In this document: in pieces, positions 1 to 9,476 of the stretch
How the letters are laid out: each line of letters begins with the position of its first letter
How positions within the stretch are numbered: the first letter of the stretch is position 1
IMG/VR virus record: IMGVR_UViG_3300009678_000004
Location: 630-64,629 of that record
Length of the DNA: 64,000 nucleotides
DNA from: a virus
Direction: 5' to 3' (one strand)
Notes under the pieces: generated by a model
What the model was told of the DNA's origin: nothing
The model's input: only the letters and a program-made list of their open reading frames with translations
The model's database searches: none
Position numbers and translations under genes: made by a program

Positions 1-103
1 ATGAGTAGGGATCGACCTCGCGGCGAATGGTGATCGGCGTGTCGGTGAACAGGTCGATGACCAGGGTCGCCGAGTCGCGGAACAGCTGATCGAAGTTGCC
101 CAT
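1..103 (-). CDS. Probable head-closure protein, 5' part (runs off window start)
   Basis: ATG at 103 just after the adaptor stop; reads MGNFDQLFRDSATLVIDLFTDTPITIRREVDPYS; position in head-tail joining order. Confidence 0.55.
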   Translation of the reverse strand, partial: MGNFDQLFRDSATLVIDLFTDTPITIRREVDPYS

Positions 104-105
104 CG

Positions 106-633
106 TCAGGTCCTCAGCAACCGGACTTGCCGCGCGCCGCCGATGATCGCGGACGGCTTGAGCGAGCCAAAGGGCGACAGGAGGGAAATGACCTGTTGCG
201 GGATCAGCTCGATCAACGCCTGCATGTCGGCGTCGATCTCGAGCACGTCGAGCCGGATGTGACTCACGCCCTTGCCCAGCACCGAGGGGAGCTTGGTCGG
301 ATCTTGCGTGAGCAGGTAGAGCGCCAGCTCAGCGGTGGCGCGCTCGAGCTGCACCGGGATCGTGTGATAGTCGACGTTGTTGCCGTCCTCGTCGACCAGC
401 CCGGAGCGTGGGAAGCGCAGCGCCTGCTCGAGCGTGGTCTTGTTGCCGTAGAAGTCGAAGCTGGCATCGATCAGGTTGGTGGCCCAGATCAGCGCGTTCT
501 CGCGCGTCTCCGTATCGGCCGCCGTCCACGCGTCGAAGTACAGGCGATAGGTCGTGAGGTAGGTGTTGGCGTCCGCCTCGGTGACGTAGGCGTTGGCGTT
601 ACTCGCCTCAGGCGTGGCAATCAGGTGCGACAC
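106..633 (-). CDS. Head-tail adaptor (DnaT-like family)
   Basis: ANAYVTEADANTY, QALRFPR and IPVQLERATAELAL motifs; downstream of the capsid gene. Confidence 0.75.
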   Translation of the reverse strand: MSHLIATPEASNANAYVTEADANTYLTTYRLYFDAWTAADTETRENALIWATNLIDASFDFYGNKTTLEQALRFPRSGLVDEDGNNVDYHTIPVQLERATAELALYLLTQDPTKLPSVLGKGVSHIRLDVLEIDADMQALIELIPQQVISLLSPFGSLKPSAIIGGARQVRLLRT

Positions 634-653
634 GGGGGACGGGTTCTCCTACC

Positions 654-986
654 TCAGTTCGAGCCCTCGTCGGAGATCGCTTTGCTGAGCCGCGCGCGGG
701 CTGAAAGAAGCTTGTCGACGATCTCGCCTTTGGTGCCGCGGAAGTCGATCAACTTGGCTTCGGGCAGTTCCTTCAGCTTGTCGAGCGACATGACCGACAT
801 CTCTTCGCGCGTGTGGTGCGAGATGCTGATCTCGGGCTCGGCTTTGGAGCCGGGCGCCGTCGGGTTGCCCTTGGCCTCGATGCGCAGGTGCTTCGCGTCC
901 TTGAAGTCCTTGACGTTGATCACGCACTCCATGCCCGAGTGCCTGAGCTTCACGCGCATCGTCGGGAGTTCGCCGGCAGCAGCCAT
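654..986 (-). CDS. Small capsid-adjacent protein with a possible Rho-N/HeH-like C-terminal helical domain
   Basis: MSLDKLKEL...GTKGEIVDKLL pattern; AAAGG upstream of ATG 986. Confidence 0.5.
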   Translation of the reverse strand: MAAAGELPTMRVKLRHSGMECVINVKDFKDAKHLRIEAKGNPTAPGSKAEPEISISHHTREEMSVMSLDKLKELPEAKLIDFRGTKGEIVDKLLSARARLSKAISDEGSN

Positions 987-1006
987 GGCGTTCGCCTTTC
1001 GCAACT

Positions 1007-1053
1007 TGGCATCCCGGGAACGCCCCTTTTCAGAGCGCCCCCAGGATGACCAG
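1007..1053 (-). terminator. Long stem-loop after the capsid gene (attenuator, processing or stability hairpin)
   Basis: Minus strand TGGTCATCCTGGGGGCGCTCT-GAAA-AGGGGCGTTCCCGGGATGCCA; G-U-compatible stem with GAAA loop; no U-tract. Confidence 0.5.
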
Positions 1054-1062
1054 GAGAAGGAA

Positions 1063-2205
1063 TCAACCAGCCAAGCGGGCGCCGAGCTCCGGCCGCACCA
1101 CCTTGGCGCCGTACAGGATGTCGAACGAGTACCGCGTGCGCTTGTGCTCGCGGCTGACCTCGAGACGCAGCGTCAGACCCGAGATCGGATCGACCGCGCT
1201 CGACATCACCGAGCCAAGCCCGTCGGTCTGCTGCAGAGGGCGCGTCGCGAACGCGATCGCGTCACGCTGCCAGGCGAGGTTGACGACGTGCGTGTCCTGG
1301 AACGTGACCACGACACCGTCGCCGACGTTGACGCGCAGCGCCGGCGCGAACGTCACCGCCGCGATCGCGTTGCCGGCCGCAGTCGAGAGATTGGTCGCGA
1401 CGTAGGTCTGCGTGTGACCGGCGAAGGTGAAGATGTCGCCCACCACCACCGTGCCGGTGAGCGTCGCCGAGTCGATCGCCATCGTCGTCACACCGGCCAA
1501 CAGGGCGCCGTTGGTCAGCGCCTGGTGATCGGTGCCGTCCGACAGCGTGCCGGCGGTGTGCGTGGGGATGTTTTGATCCATCCACCAGTTGAAGCCGAGC
1601 CTCTCATTCAGCCGACCGTTGATGATCGCCTCGAACGTGCCGGACCAAGAGGCGTCCTGGAACGCGCGCAGGTTGAGCGCGTTGGCTTCCGCATCGGGGT
1701 CGATGATGAAGTGGCGGTCGTTGAGCGGCGCCAGCTCCTTGTTGAGCAGCTTGCGCGTGGTGGTGGCGTCCGCAGTGCTCGAGCCGAACGGCGTCGTGCC
1801 GGGCGTGCCCGAGAACGAGTAGAACGACGGGTAGAGGCCGAGGATGAACCGATCGACGTTGTTGGCGAGCGCCTTGATCGCCGCCGACGCCTGCATCGGG
1901 ATCGTGCCTTCCATGACCTCGAGCAGGTCCTTGTCGGTGAGCTCGAACGGCGCCTCGTACCACTGGTCGAGCGGCACGGCGACGAACGTCGGCGCGATGT
2001 CGGCGGTGGATGGCGGCACCGCGGCGGGTGAAACCACCTGCGCCACGATCGCGGAGGGAATCGGCACGTCGATCGCCGAGCCCCTCTGGCCAGCGAGCGA
2101 TTCGTAGCTGCGATTCACGAGACGCGGCGTGATCGAATTCTCGCGCAGCGCCATGAGCCCCTGAGCGAGCAACCTAGGAATGACGGCCGTGAGAATATTG
2201 GCCAT
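1063..2205 (-). CDS. Major capsid protein, P22 coat-like
   Basis: MANILTAVIPRLLAQGLMALRENSITPRLVNRSY...FDILYGAKVVRPELGARLAG; GGAGG upstream of ATG 2205. Confidence 0.9.
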   Translation of the reverse strand: MANILTAVIPRLLAQGLMALRENSITPRLVNRSYESLAGQRGSAIDVPIPSAIVAQVVSPAAVPPSTADIAPTFVAVPLDQWYEAPFELTDKDLLEVMEGTIPMQASAAIKALANNVDRFILGLYPSFYSFSGTPGTTPFGSSTADATTTRKLLNKELAPLNDRHFIIDPDAEANALNLRAFQDASWSGTFEAIINGRLNERLGFNWWMDQNIPTHTAGTLSDGTDHQALTNGALLAGVTTMAIDSATLTGTVVVGDIFTFAGHTQTYVATNLSTAAGNAIAAVTFAPALRVNVGDGVVVTFQDTHVVNLAWQRDAIAFATRPLQQTDGLGSVMSSAVDPISGLTLRLEVSREHKRTRYSFDILYGAKVVRPELGARLAG

Positions 2206-2239
2206 CGGGGGAGAACCTCCGCGGGAAGGGTGAGGGGGA

Positions 2240-2355
2240 AGCTCGGGTCCTCGCTTCGGGGGACGAGCTCGGTTTCGAACTCGATCCCCCTCGGGGGGAC
2301 GCGGCATTCCGCCTCGGGCGGAGGTCGCTGGTCGCGGCGCCACCTCGGGCAGCGC
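2240..2355 (-). promoter_or_regulatory. Structured 5' leader of the capsid gene; three hairpins with the same C-CGA-G loop
   Basis: Hairpins at 2285-2299, 2308-2322 and 2337-2355; the last pairs fully only on the minus strand, using G-U. Confidence 0.55.
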
Positions 2356-2466
2356 GTGCGAACTGGGAGCGTATCTTACCGACCTACTTCGCGGCGCAAA
2401 GCCTTTTGTGCGGCAAAGTTAGAGCGCGCGGCCGAGTCTCTCAAGCGCCGCGCGCTCGCTCGGATA

Positions 2467-2712
2467 TTAGCGTTGTGCTGGTGTGCCGCTGAACAGGAGC
2501 GGCGCCGGCACGCCGTCCACCATGAGGGAGCCGTCGGGCGGCGGCGGGTCGGCGGCGGCGGCGATCTGCTTCTCGAGCGCGGTGAGCTTGCGCGTCGCCT
2601 CATCGATCTCGCGCTGTGCGTTCGCCTGCACGCGCGACAGATCGTAGATGCGCGCCTTGAGCGCGATCACGGCCAGCGCCGGCTGCGCGGGCGGCATCTT
2701 CTCGTCGCTCAT
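2467..2712 (-). CDS. Hypothetical coiled-coil protein
   Basis: Heptad pattern; start overlaps upstream stop. Confidence 0.55.
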   Translation of the reverse strand: MSDEKMPPAQPALAVIALKARIYDLSRVQANAQREIDEATRKLTALEKQIAAAADPPPPDGSLMVDGVPAPLLFSGTPAQR

Positions 2713-3014
2713 CGCACGCGCTCCTTCATGAGTTCTTCCTGCGAGGCGAGTGCGCCGTCCGCTCCGGGCGTTGCCTTCTGCGGCTCGGCGGGTTCGATGC
2801 CTTCGACGCTCACCTGCTCGGCCGGCACGATCGGCGGCTGCTGGCTCAGCTGCTGCGCGAACTTGGCAATCGTCGCGCGCTTGTCGTCGATCGCCAGTCG
2901 TAACGCGCGCGCATACTCCTCGAGATCGAAGACCTCGATCTTGAGCTGCGCCTGCACGCGCCGGACTTGCTCGATCTGCTCGGGCTTCATCTGCTGCGGT
3001 TGCTCGGGCTTCAT
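2709..3014 (-). CDS. Hypothetical coiled-coil protein
   Basis: AAAGGA RBS; coupled to neighbour. Confidence 0.55.
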   Translation of the reverse strand: MKPEQPQQMKPEQIEQVRRVQAQLKIEVFDLEEYARALRLAIDDKRATIAKFAQQLSQQPPIVPAEQVSVEGIEPAEPQKATPGADGALASQEELMKERVR

Positions 3015-3030
3015 GCTTGGGGGATCCTTT

Positions 3031-3255
3031 CTAGTAGGCAGCGACCCTCACCTTGAGGGCCGCCTTCATCGCGTCGTACTTGGCGAGCAGCGCGTCCCGC
3101 TGCTGGGTGGTGAGGTCGACCTCGTTCCAGACCGGCGGCGCGTCCTCGATGATTTCGGTCACCTCGCCAAGAAATAGGAGGATGGACTTCACGTCGCCGC
3201 CGATGGCGCGTGCGGCGAGGATCTCGGCCGGAACTTGGGCTGCAGTGATCGCCAT
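3031..3255 (-). CDS. Hypothetical protein
   Basis: ATG immediately after the upstream stop. Confidence 0.5.
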   Translation of the reverse strand: MAITAAQVPAEILAARAIGGDVKSILLFLGEVTEIIEDAPPVWNEVDLTTQQRDALLAKYDAMKAALKVRVAAY

Positions 3256-3256
3256 A

Positions 3257-3796
3257 TCAGTCGAGGCTCCCAAAAAGATCAGGGCTCACGGTCGTGGCAT
3301 CCACGAAGGCAACCAGCACGCCGGCAAAAGTCGAGTTGCCGGAAAAGGTACCGGCGGCCGCGAGTCGCAGCAGGTTACCTGAAGACCAGTCGCGCGCCAG
3401 CGCGCTGAACGTGCCGGAGGTGGTGGCGTTGATGCGGATGCCGGCCCACAGATGCACCGGCACTGTCAATGCCGTGGTAAAGGCCGAGCTGTTGCGCTTC
3501 AGGCCAGTGCCGGTCCCCGTGAACGCTCCAGAGACGATCTTGGTCAGCGTCTGGTTCGCTCGGTTCGGTGGGGCCGGGGTGGAGAAGAAACCCATCTCGG
3601 CGGTGGTGACGGTCGCGCTCGCGAACGTCTGTGAGGTATTCACGAATGCTGGCGTCACCAGCTCCGCGCACCAGCCGAGATAGACGAAATAAGCGGTCTG
3701 CGAGACTGTCGCAAACGTGCCGCCACGCAGGCACATCGTGTTGTTGGCGATCCTGCAATCCTCCCCGTACGGGCCTTTACCAAGAGCGATGTACAT
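3257..3796 (-). CDS. Stand-alone fibre tip / receptor-binding-like domain, paralogue of the C-terminus of the 48275-49603 tail fibre
   Basis: Shared TAEM..STP..PNRA.QTLT, H.WAG.R and DWS.G.LL motifs. Confidence 0.65.
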   Translation of the reverse strand: MYIALGKGPYGEDCRIANNTMCLRGGTFATVSQTAYFVYLGWCAELVTPAFVNTSQTFASATVTTAEMGFFSTPAPPNRANQTLTKIVSGAFTGTGTGLKRNSSAFTTALTVPVHLWAGIRINATTSGTFSALARDWSSGNLLRLAAAGTFSGNSTFAGVLVAFVDATTVSPDLFGSLD

Positions 3797-3800
3797 GTCG

Positions 3801-6800
3801 TTAGCTCGTCTTGCTCGAATAGAGGGGCGTGAACATCACGGTCCCGGCGATGTTCTTTTTCTCCCAGGCGGTCACGACGCCCATGGACACCTTGGTGGTG
3901 CCGGCGTCGAGCGCCTTGTGCGTGCCGGCCGCCGCGTCGAACCACATCGAGCACGCGTCGGTGACCACTGCCGAGGCGGCAACGGAGACGTTCTCGAGCT
4001 TCAGGTAGTTGTGTCTGGTGACGGTGAACGCGCCCGTGTAGCCCGGGTCGAGCGTGATCATCGCTGCCACGCCGTCGCCAAGACCAGCGCCGAGCGTGGT
4101 CACGTCCTCGAGTTCGAGCATCGAGCCCGGCGCTGCGGTGCCAAGACCGATCCGGTTCGCGCCTGCATCGAGGAAGAACATGTTCGGCTGCGCATCCGAC
4201 TCGATGCGGAAGTCGGTATCGAGACCGCTCTCGTTGAACACGATCGCAGTGGTCGCGAGCAGCACGTCGAAGATCCAGCTACCGCCGTCGTAGACGATCG
4301 AGCAGTCCTCGCTGGTGCCGAAGAAGAAGATCGCGTTGTCGACGATCCACGAGTCGTCGAGCAGCTTGATCGAATAGTGGCGCGTCCCGCCCGGGAAGCC
4401 CGTGGGCGCCGCGTCAGTCAGGATGTCATAGAGCGTATGAGTACCGCCCGAGACATTGGCGCCGGCGTTCGCCGCGTTGACGCTGATCCCGTGGTAAGTG
4501 TAGGGGCCACCGCCGGTGATGGTGGCGCCGGTCTGCACGCCGTAGTTCGCGACCCGTATCGCGTGCAGCGCGTAGCTGCCAGAGGGTTGGTTGGCGTTGA
4601 GGCGGTTGTAGCGGGTGTCGGACGCGATGCCGATTACCGAGGTCAACGCCGAGGCCGCCGCCGCCTCGTCCTTGAACACGAAGTTCATCGAGGTCGCGGC
4701 GATGCCGGTCGTCGGCTGCACGGTCAAGTCCAGGTTGATCGCGTTGATGATCGTCGCGCTGGTGACCGTCGCAGTGAAGATCGTGTTCGCTAGCGGCGCC
4801 GTGCCCCATCCAATGGTCCCATCGAAGCGCGATTGTCCCTCGACCTCGAGATCGCCGGAGATCGCGACATCGCCGGCGCCGGTGGCCAGCGTGAAGGTAC
4901 CGCCGGTGCCGACCGCCAACAGACCGGCCAGGTTAAGGCCGCCGCCCGCGGTGAAGTCGGTGCCCGCGTCGCCGATGTTGACGATCAGGTTATTGGCGAG
5001 GTCCAGGGTTCCGCCAAGCGCGCGGGCGCCTGAGGCGAGCAGGTACTGGGACAGATCGACATTGGCTTCGCCCGCGGGGGACGACGTGACGATGGTCGCC
5101 AAGGGCTCGGTGAAATCCAGCGTCGCGACCGCGGTATCGACGTTGGTGTCGTCCTCCTGGACGATCAGCGCCGAGCCCGCGCTGGGCGCGATCCAGCTCA
5201 GCACGCCCGCCGTCGTCGACGACAGGATGTAGCCGTTCACCGCCGCCGGTGCGATCGGCCATGTGTAATTGATGTCCGCTCCCTGCGCGCCGGCCACGAA
5301 GGTCGTCTGGAACGTGTCGGCGGGATTGCGGAAGCGCAGCGTCTGCGAGGCGTCCATCTGGAGCCCGAGCAGCGAGCGGACTAGGCCGGCGTTGGTAATT
5401 CGCATCGCCTCGGCTGGCGCCGCGGTGCCGTCGAGTGATGTCGAGAACGACAGGCGGCCGGGCATGTCGCCAGCACCCACCGAGCCGTCCACCGTGCACG
5501 CGATCTCGGCGGCAATCTCGTAATCGGTGCCATCGTGGCCAGCGAACTGGACGGCTCCCAGGAGGTCGCCGCTCGAGACCACGGTTTCCGAAGCCTCGCT
5601 CCCGCGCGATCGCGCAAAGATGCTCCGACCCGCAGCGCTCGCCGTCCCGGAGTGATGGTGCGCACCATAAAGATACTCGCTCGACTGGTCATGCACCGAC
5701 AGTCGGACCGTCTCGCTACCGCCATCGATCGTGATCGTGTCCTCGGTGCTGCCGATCGTGAGCGTCTTCAGCGTGTCATTCCAGAAAAACTGCGTGTTAT
5801 CCTGCGCGACCGCCGCACTCGCGCCAATGAACAGGACCGAGCCGGTGGTGAAGCCGGTCAGCGTGAGCGTGCTCGCGAGCGTCAGGCCACCTCCGGCAAC
5901 GAAATCCGTTCCAGCCGCGCCGATATTGAGCACCAGGTTGCTGGCCAGATCCAGATTGCCGGACAGCGCCCGCGCACCGCTCGCGAGCAAGTAGGCTGCG
6001 AGGTTGACGTTCGCCTCGCCCGCGGGAGAACTGCTCACGACGGTCGCGAGCGGTTCGGTAAAGTCGATCGTCGTCACTGCCGTGTCGACGTCAACGTCAT
6101 CCTCCTGCACCGTGAGCGAGCCGCCGGACATGGCGATCCAGCTCATCACCCCGGCCGTGGTGGCGGAGAGGACGTGGCCGGTGACGGCTGGCGCGGCGGT
6201 CGGCAGCGTATAGGTGACGTCGGTGGTTTGATTGCCAGCCTGGAAGGCGCTGAAGTTGCTCGAGTCGCTATCGTCGAAGCGCAGCAGTTTTCCTGCGGCC
6301 AGCTTCAGTTGTTCGGCCAGATTCAAACCACCGCCGGCCGTGAAGTCGGTCCCGGCCGCACCGATGTTCACGGCGAGGTTATTGGCAAAGTCCAGATTGC
6401 CAGCGAGAGCGCGCGCGCCACTGGCGAGCAGATAGGCCGCCAAGTTGATGTTGGCCTCTCCGGCCGGCGAACTCGAGACGATGGTTGCGAGGGGCTCGGT
6501 AAAGTCGATCGTGCCGGCCGCGGCGTCGACCGTCGCATCATCTTCCTGCACGATGATCGTCGAGCCGCCGCCGGTCATCGGCGACCAGCTGAGCACGCCG
6601 AGCGTGGTCGACGTCAGCACGTACCCATCGACGGCGGCGGGCGCATCGGGAAGCGTGTAGTCGATATCGACCAGCTGATCGCCGGCGGTGAACGTGGTCT
6701 CGTGGCTGTCGTCGGAGTCGCGGAAGGCGAGCACCGCGCCCGCGATCAGCGCTCGCTGACCGTCGGCGCGCAGGTATTGCGTGAGCAGGATGTTCGCCTC

Positions 6801-6920
6801 GCCGCTCGGCGACTCGGTGACCAGGGTGCCGAGCGGGTCCGTAAAGTCGAGCGTGAACGCCGGCAGCACGACAACGACGTTGTTCTCTTTGACGGTCAGG
6901 GCGGGCAGTTGGAGTGGCAT
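3801..6920 (-). CDS. 1039-aa modular fibre-like structural protein with four QEDD..DFTEPLAT..SP.GEAN modules
   Basis: Internal repeats visible in translation; G/A/T/S-rich; YTLP..AP...G.VL..TT.GV.SW fibre motifs. Confidence 0.7.
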   Translation of the reverse strand: MPLQLPALTVKENNVVVVLPAFTLDFTDPLGTLVTESPSGEANILLTQYLRADGQRALIAGAVLAFRDSDDSHETTFTAGDQLVDIDYTLPDAPAAVDGYVLTSTTLGVLSWSPMTGGGSTIIVQEDDATVDAAAGTIDFTEPLATIVSSSPAGEANINLAAYLLASGARALAGNLDFANNLAVNIGAAGTDFTAGGGLNLAEQLKLAAGKLLRFDDSDSSNFSAFQAGNQTTDVTYTLPTAAPAVTGHVLSATTAGVMSWIAMSGGSLTVQEDDVDVDTAVTTIDFTEPLATVVSSSPAGEANVNLAAYLLASGARALSGNLDLASNLVLNIGAAGTDFVAGGGLTLASTLTLTGFTTGSVLFIGASAAVAQDNTQFFWNDTLKTLTIGSTEDTITIDGGSETVRLSVHDQSSEYLYGAHHHSGTASAAGRSIFARSRGSEASETVVSSGDLLGAVQFAGHDGTDYEIAAEIACTVDGSVGAGDMPGRLSFSTSLDGTAAPAEAMRITNAGLVRSLLGLQMDASQTLRFRNPADTFQTTFVAGAQGADINYTWPIAPAAVNGYILSSTTAGVLSWIAPSAGSALIVQEDDTNVDTAVATLDFTEPLATIVTSSPAGEANVDLSQYLLASGARALGGTLDLANNLIVNIGDAGTDFTAGGGLNLAGLLAVGTGGTFTLATGAGDVAISGDLEVEGQSRFDGTIGWGTAPLANTIFTATVTSATIINAINLDLTVQPTTGIAATSMNFVFKDEAAAASALTSVIGIASDTRYNRLNANQPSGSYALHAIRVANYGVQTGATITGGGPYTYHGISVNAANAGANVSGGTHTLYDILTDAAPTGFPGGTRHYSIKLLDDSWIVDNAIFFFGTSEDCSIVYDGGSWIFDVLLATTAIVFNESGLDTDFRIESDAQPNMFFLDAGANRIGLGTAAPGSMLELEDVTTLGAGLGDGVAAMITLDPGYTGAFTVTRHNYLKLENVSVAASAVVTDACSMWFDAAAGTHKALDAGTTKVSMGVVTAWEKKNIAGTVMFTPLYSSKTS

Positions 6921-6922
6921 AG

Positions 6923-8341
6923 CTACGTCATCTCAGTTATCCGGACTGCCCCGACGGCCGCGTCCCAGATGCCATCGATGCGTCCGGTGAACACCGGCGC
7001 CGGGATCTCATAGAGCGCCTGCGGGTAGAGCTTGGTCGTGAAGCTCGAGCTGGACGCCGTGGTGCCGTACTTCAGGTAGAGGATCGAGCTCGAATCGTTG
7101 TAGAAGCTGGCGCCGATGCGCGCCGCGTTCAGCGCCAGGAGCGTCACCGAGCTGACCGAGCCGCCGACGTTGGTGAGCGCCGCCGCCGCCGAGCGCTGCG
7201 GGTTGTTGACCACCGTCGGCGTGCCGGCGAGCGTGAACGTGCCCGAGACCGGCAGCGGATTGGCGCCGTCATGCGCCACGCCGGTCGGATCGACCAGGAG
7301 CGCGCGCCGTGCCAGCGCAGTCACGTCGCGGTCCGGCGGGATCACGGCGCCGGTGGAATCCACCTCGAGGAATCGCCGCGCGGTCGCCACCGCGTCACGA
7401 TCGATCGGCACCACGGCGCCCGTCGAGTCGACTTGCAGGTAGCGCTTGGCGCTGGCGCCCGAGTCGCGATCGGGCGGGATCGTCACGCCAGCCGCGTCGA
7501 CCTCGATCACCTTCCTGGCACTGGCCACGGCGTCGCGATCGATCGGCACGATCACGCCCGCGCCATCGACCTGCACCGCGCGCTTGGCGGTCGCGGCGGC
7601 CTCACGATCGAGCGGCACGGGATTGCCCGAACTATCGACCACCAGCACTTTTCTCGCGCTGGCGCCCGCGTCGCGGTCCACGGGTACGATCGTTCCGGTA
7701 CCGTCGACCTGTACCACGCGCTTGGCGAGCGCCGCCGCCTCGCGGTCATCGGGAACCGGGGTCCCCACGGTGTCGACGATCAGGACCTTTCTCGCACCGG
7801 CGCCGGCGTCCCGATCGATGGGCACCACCGCACCGGAGGAGTCGACCTGCAGCACGCGCTTGGCGGACGCGCCGTTGTCCCGGTCGGCCGGGATGATGGT
7901 CCCGGCGCTATCGACCTCGATCACGCGCCGTGCGGTGGCGACGGCCTCCCGGTCAGCCGGAATGATCGAGCCCGCAGAGTCGACCTCGATGATCCGGCGG
8001 GCGGTGGCGGCCGGCTCCCGATCGGGCGGGATGATGGACCCAACCGAGTCCACCTCGATCATGCGCTTCGCCGACGCCGCCCCCTCGCGATCCAAGGGTA
8101 CCGGCGTGCCGGCGGTATCAACGATCAACGACCGCTTGGCAGTCGCGGTCGCGTCACGATCGAGGGGAACGGGCGTGCCCGCCGTGTCGACGGCGAGCAC
8201 GCGCTTGGCATTCGACGGACCATCATGCTCGTCGGCGTCGGTGGTATCGTCCCCGCCGGAGCCGGCGACGATCTTGACGCGCTTCGCCTTGATGTCGAAG
8301 TCGTGCTCGTCAACCTCGATCCTGGGATGGACTGAGGACAT
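6923..8341 (-). CDS. Fibre-like protein with 13 full tandem 23-aa repeats and a C-terminal globular beta domain
   Basis: Repeat A[KR][RK]xxxVDxxGxxxPxDR[DE]xxAx; C-terminal SFYNDSSSILYLKYG...FTGRIDGIW domain. Confidence 0.7.
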   Translation of the reverse strand: MSSVHPRIEVDEHDFDIKAKRVKIVAGSGGDDTTDADEHDGPSNAKRVLAVDTAGTPVPLDRDATATAKRSLIVDTAGTPVPLDREGAASAKRMIEVDSVGSIIPPDREPAATARRIIEVDSAGSIIPADREAVATARRVIEVDSAGTIIPADRDNGASAKRVLQVDSSGAVVPIDRDAGAGARKVLIVDTVGTPVPDDREAAALAKRVVQVDGTGTIVPVDRDAGASARKVLVVDSSGNPVPLDREAAATAKRAVQVDGAGVIVPIDRDAVASARKVIEVDAAGVTIPPDRDSGASAKRYLQVDSTGAVVPIDRDAVATARRFLEVDSTGAVIPPDRDVTALARRALLVDPTGVAHDGANPLPVSGTFTLAGTPTVVNNPQRSAAAALTNVGGSVSSVTLLALNAARIGASFYNDSSSILYLKYGTTASSSSFTTKLYPQALYEIPAPVFTGRIDGIWDAAVGAVRITEMT

Positions 8342-8349
8342 TCAGCTCC

Positions 8350-8667
8350 TCAGTGCACGGGTTCCGAGAACGGCTTCTCGAGCGGGTTCTCAAGCGGCGC
8401 CGGAGCCGCGCCCTGATCCGCCGCGCTCAGAATGCTCGCGGCCAAGCTGTTGAGTCCGGCAAGTAAGGTCGCCTCCTTCTCGGGCGCCAAGCCCATCGCC
8501 GTAATCTGCTCCTTTAACTTGGCCATGGTCTGCACGGCGCTGACCAGCGCGGTCGCCATGCGATTGGCGGCGGTCAGCGCGGTCGACATGCGCGCCGCGG
8601 ACTCTTTCAGGGCGACCACAGTCGCATCGAAGTTGTCGACCTTCTCGATCGTCGGTTGCTTGGGCAT
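8350..8667 (-). CDS. Hypothetical helical protein
   Basis: GAGGA RBS; in head operon. Confidence 0.55.
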   Translation of the reverse strand: MPKQPTIEKVDNFDATVVALKESAARMSTALTAANRMATALVSAVQTMAKLKEQITAMGLAPEKEATLLAGLNSLAASILSAADQGAAPAPLENPLEKPFSEPVH

Positions 8668-8696
8668 CGGTTCCTCGTGGGTTTAGAGAGTAAGCG

Positions 8697-9476
8697 TCAG
8701 CGAACGACCATCTTGCCTTCAGCGATTTCCTTGGCGTACTTGCCCATGGCGACCGGATCACGCCCGTCGACCACGCGAGCGGACTCGCCATCGCCACGAC
8801 GTCCGCCAGTCGCGCCGCCGCCGGTGCTCGGCCGGAAGAGGTACGGCGCTTCCTGCAGGATGCCGTTGGCCCACTCCTCCATCTTCAGCGGCTCGCCGGA
8901 CTTGCCGAACATCACCTGCCCGTCCTTGCGGGGCACGACCTCGCCCTTCTCGTCGAGCTGCCAGGTGCCGCGCGCGCGCTCGAGCACGAACGCCAACCCG
9001 CCCGGCTGCAACTCGCCAATCTTCGAGATCGTGTCCTGCACTTGCCGATCGATGGTGTGCGAAGAGTACTTGGTCTTATAGAGGTCGCGTTCCGCGGTGA
9101 CTTCCTGCAGCGCCTTGGTCTTGGCCGAGACCTGTGCGTCGAAGTCGCGCTTCATCGCCTCGGTGCGCTTGGAGAGCACCTCGTCGAGCTTGCCGTCGGC
9201 AATGAGCCGCGCTTCCTCGCTCTGCTCGAGCTTGTCGTAGGCGGTGATCGCCTTCTGGTACTTCTCCGGGTCGATGCCCTCGAACTTCTTCAGCTGCGCC
9301 TCGTAGTCGGCCTGCTTCTTCTTCAGCTCGCGGTTGTTGCTGCGGAACTCTTCCAGGTGCGTCTTGTAATCCTTGTCCTCGACCGCGAGCACGTAGCCGT
9401 CGTCGGTCTTCTCGTAGAGATCGTGAAACGCCGCGTCGAGATCCTTCAGATCCTTCAAGTGTGCTTTCAACTTCAC
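8697..9476 (-). CDS. Capsid scaffolding protein
   Basis: LYEKTDDGYVL, K/E-rich coiled coil, GIDPEKY, APYLFRPSTGGGA; GTG start at 9476. Confidence 0.8.
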   Translation of the reverse strand: MKLKAHLKDLKDLDAAFHDLYEKTDDGYVLAVEDKDYKTHLEEFRSNNRELKKKQADYEAQLKKFEGIDPEKYQKAITAYDKLEQSEEARLIADGKLDEVLSKRTEAMKRDFDAQVSAKTKALQEVTAERDLYKTKYSSHTIDRQVQDTISKIGELQPGGLAFVLERARGTWQLDEKGEVVPRKDGQVMFGKSGEPLKMEEWANGILQEAPYLFRPSTGGGATGGRRGDGESARVVDGRDPVAMGKYAKEIAEGKMVVR

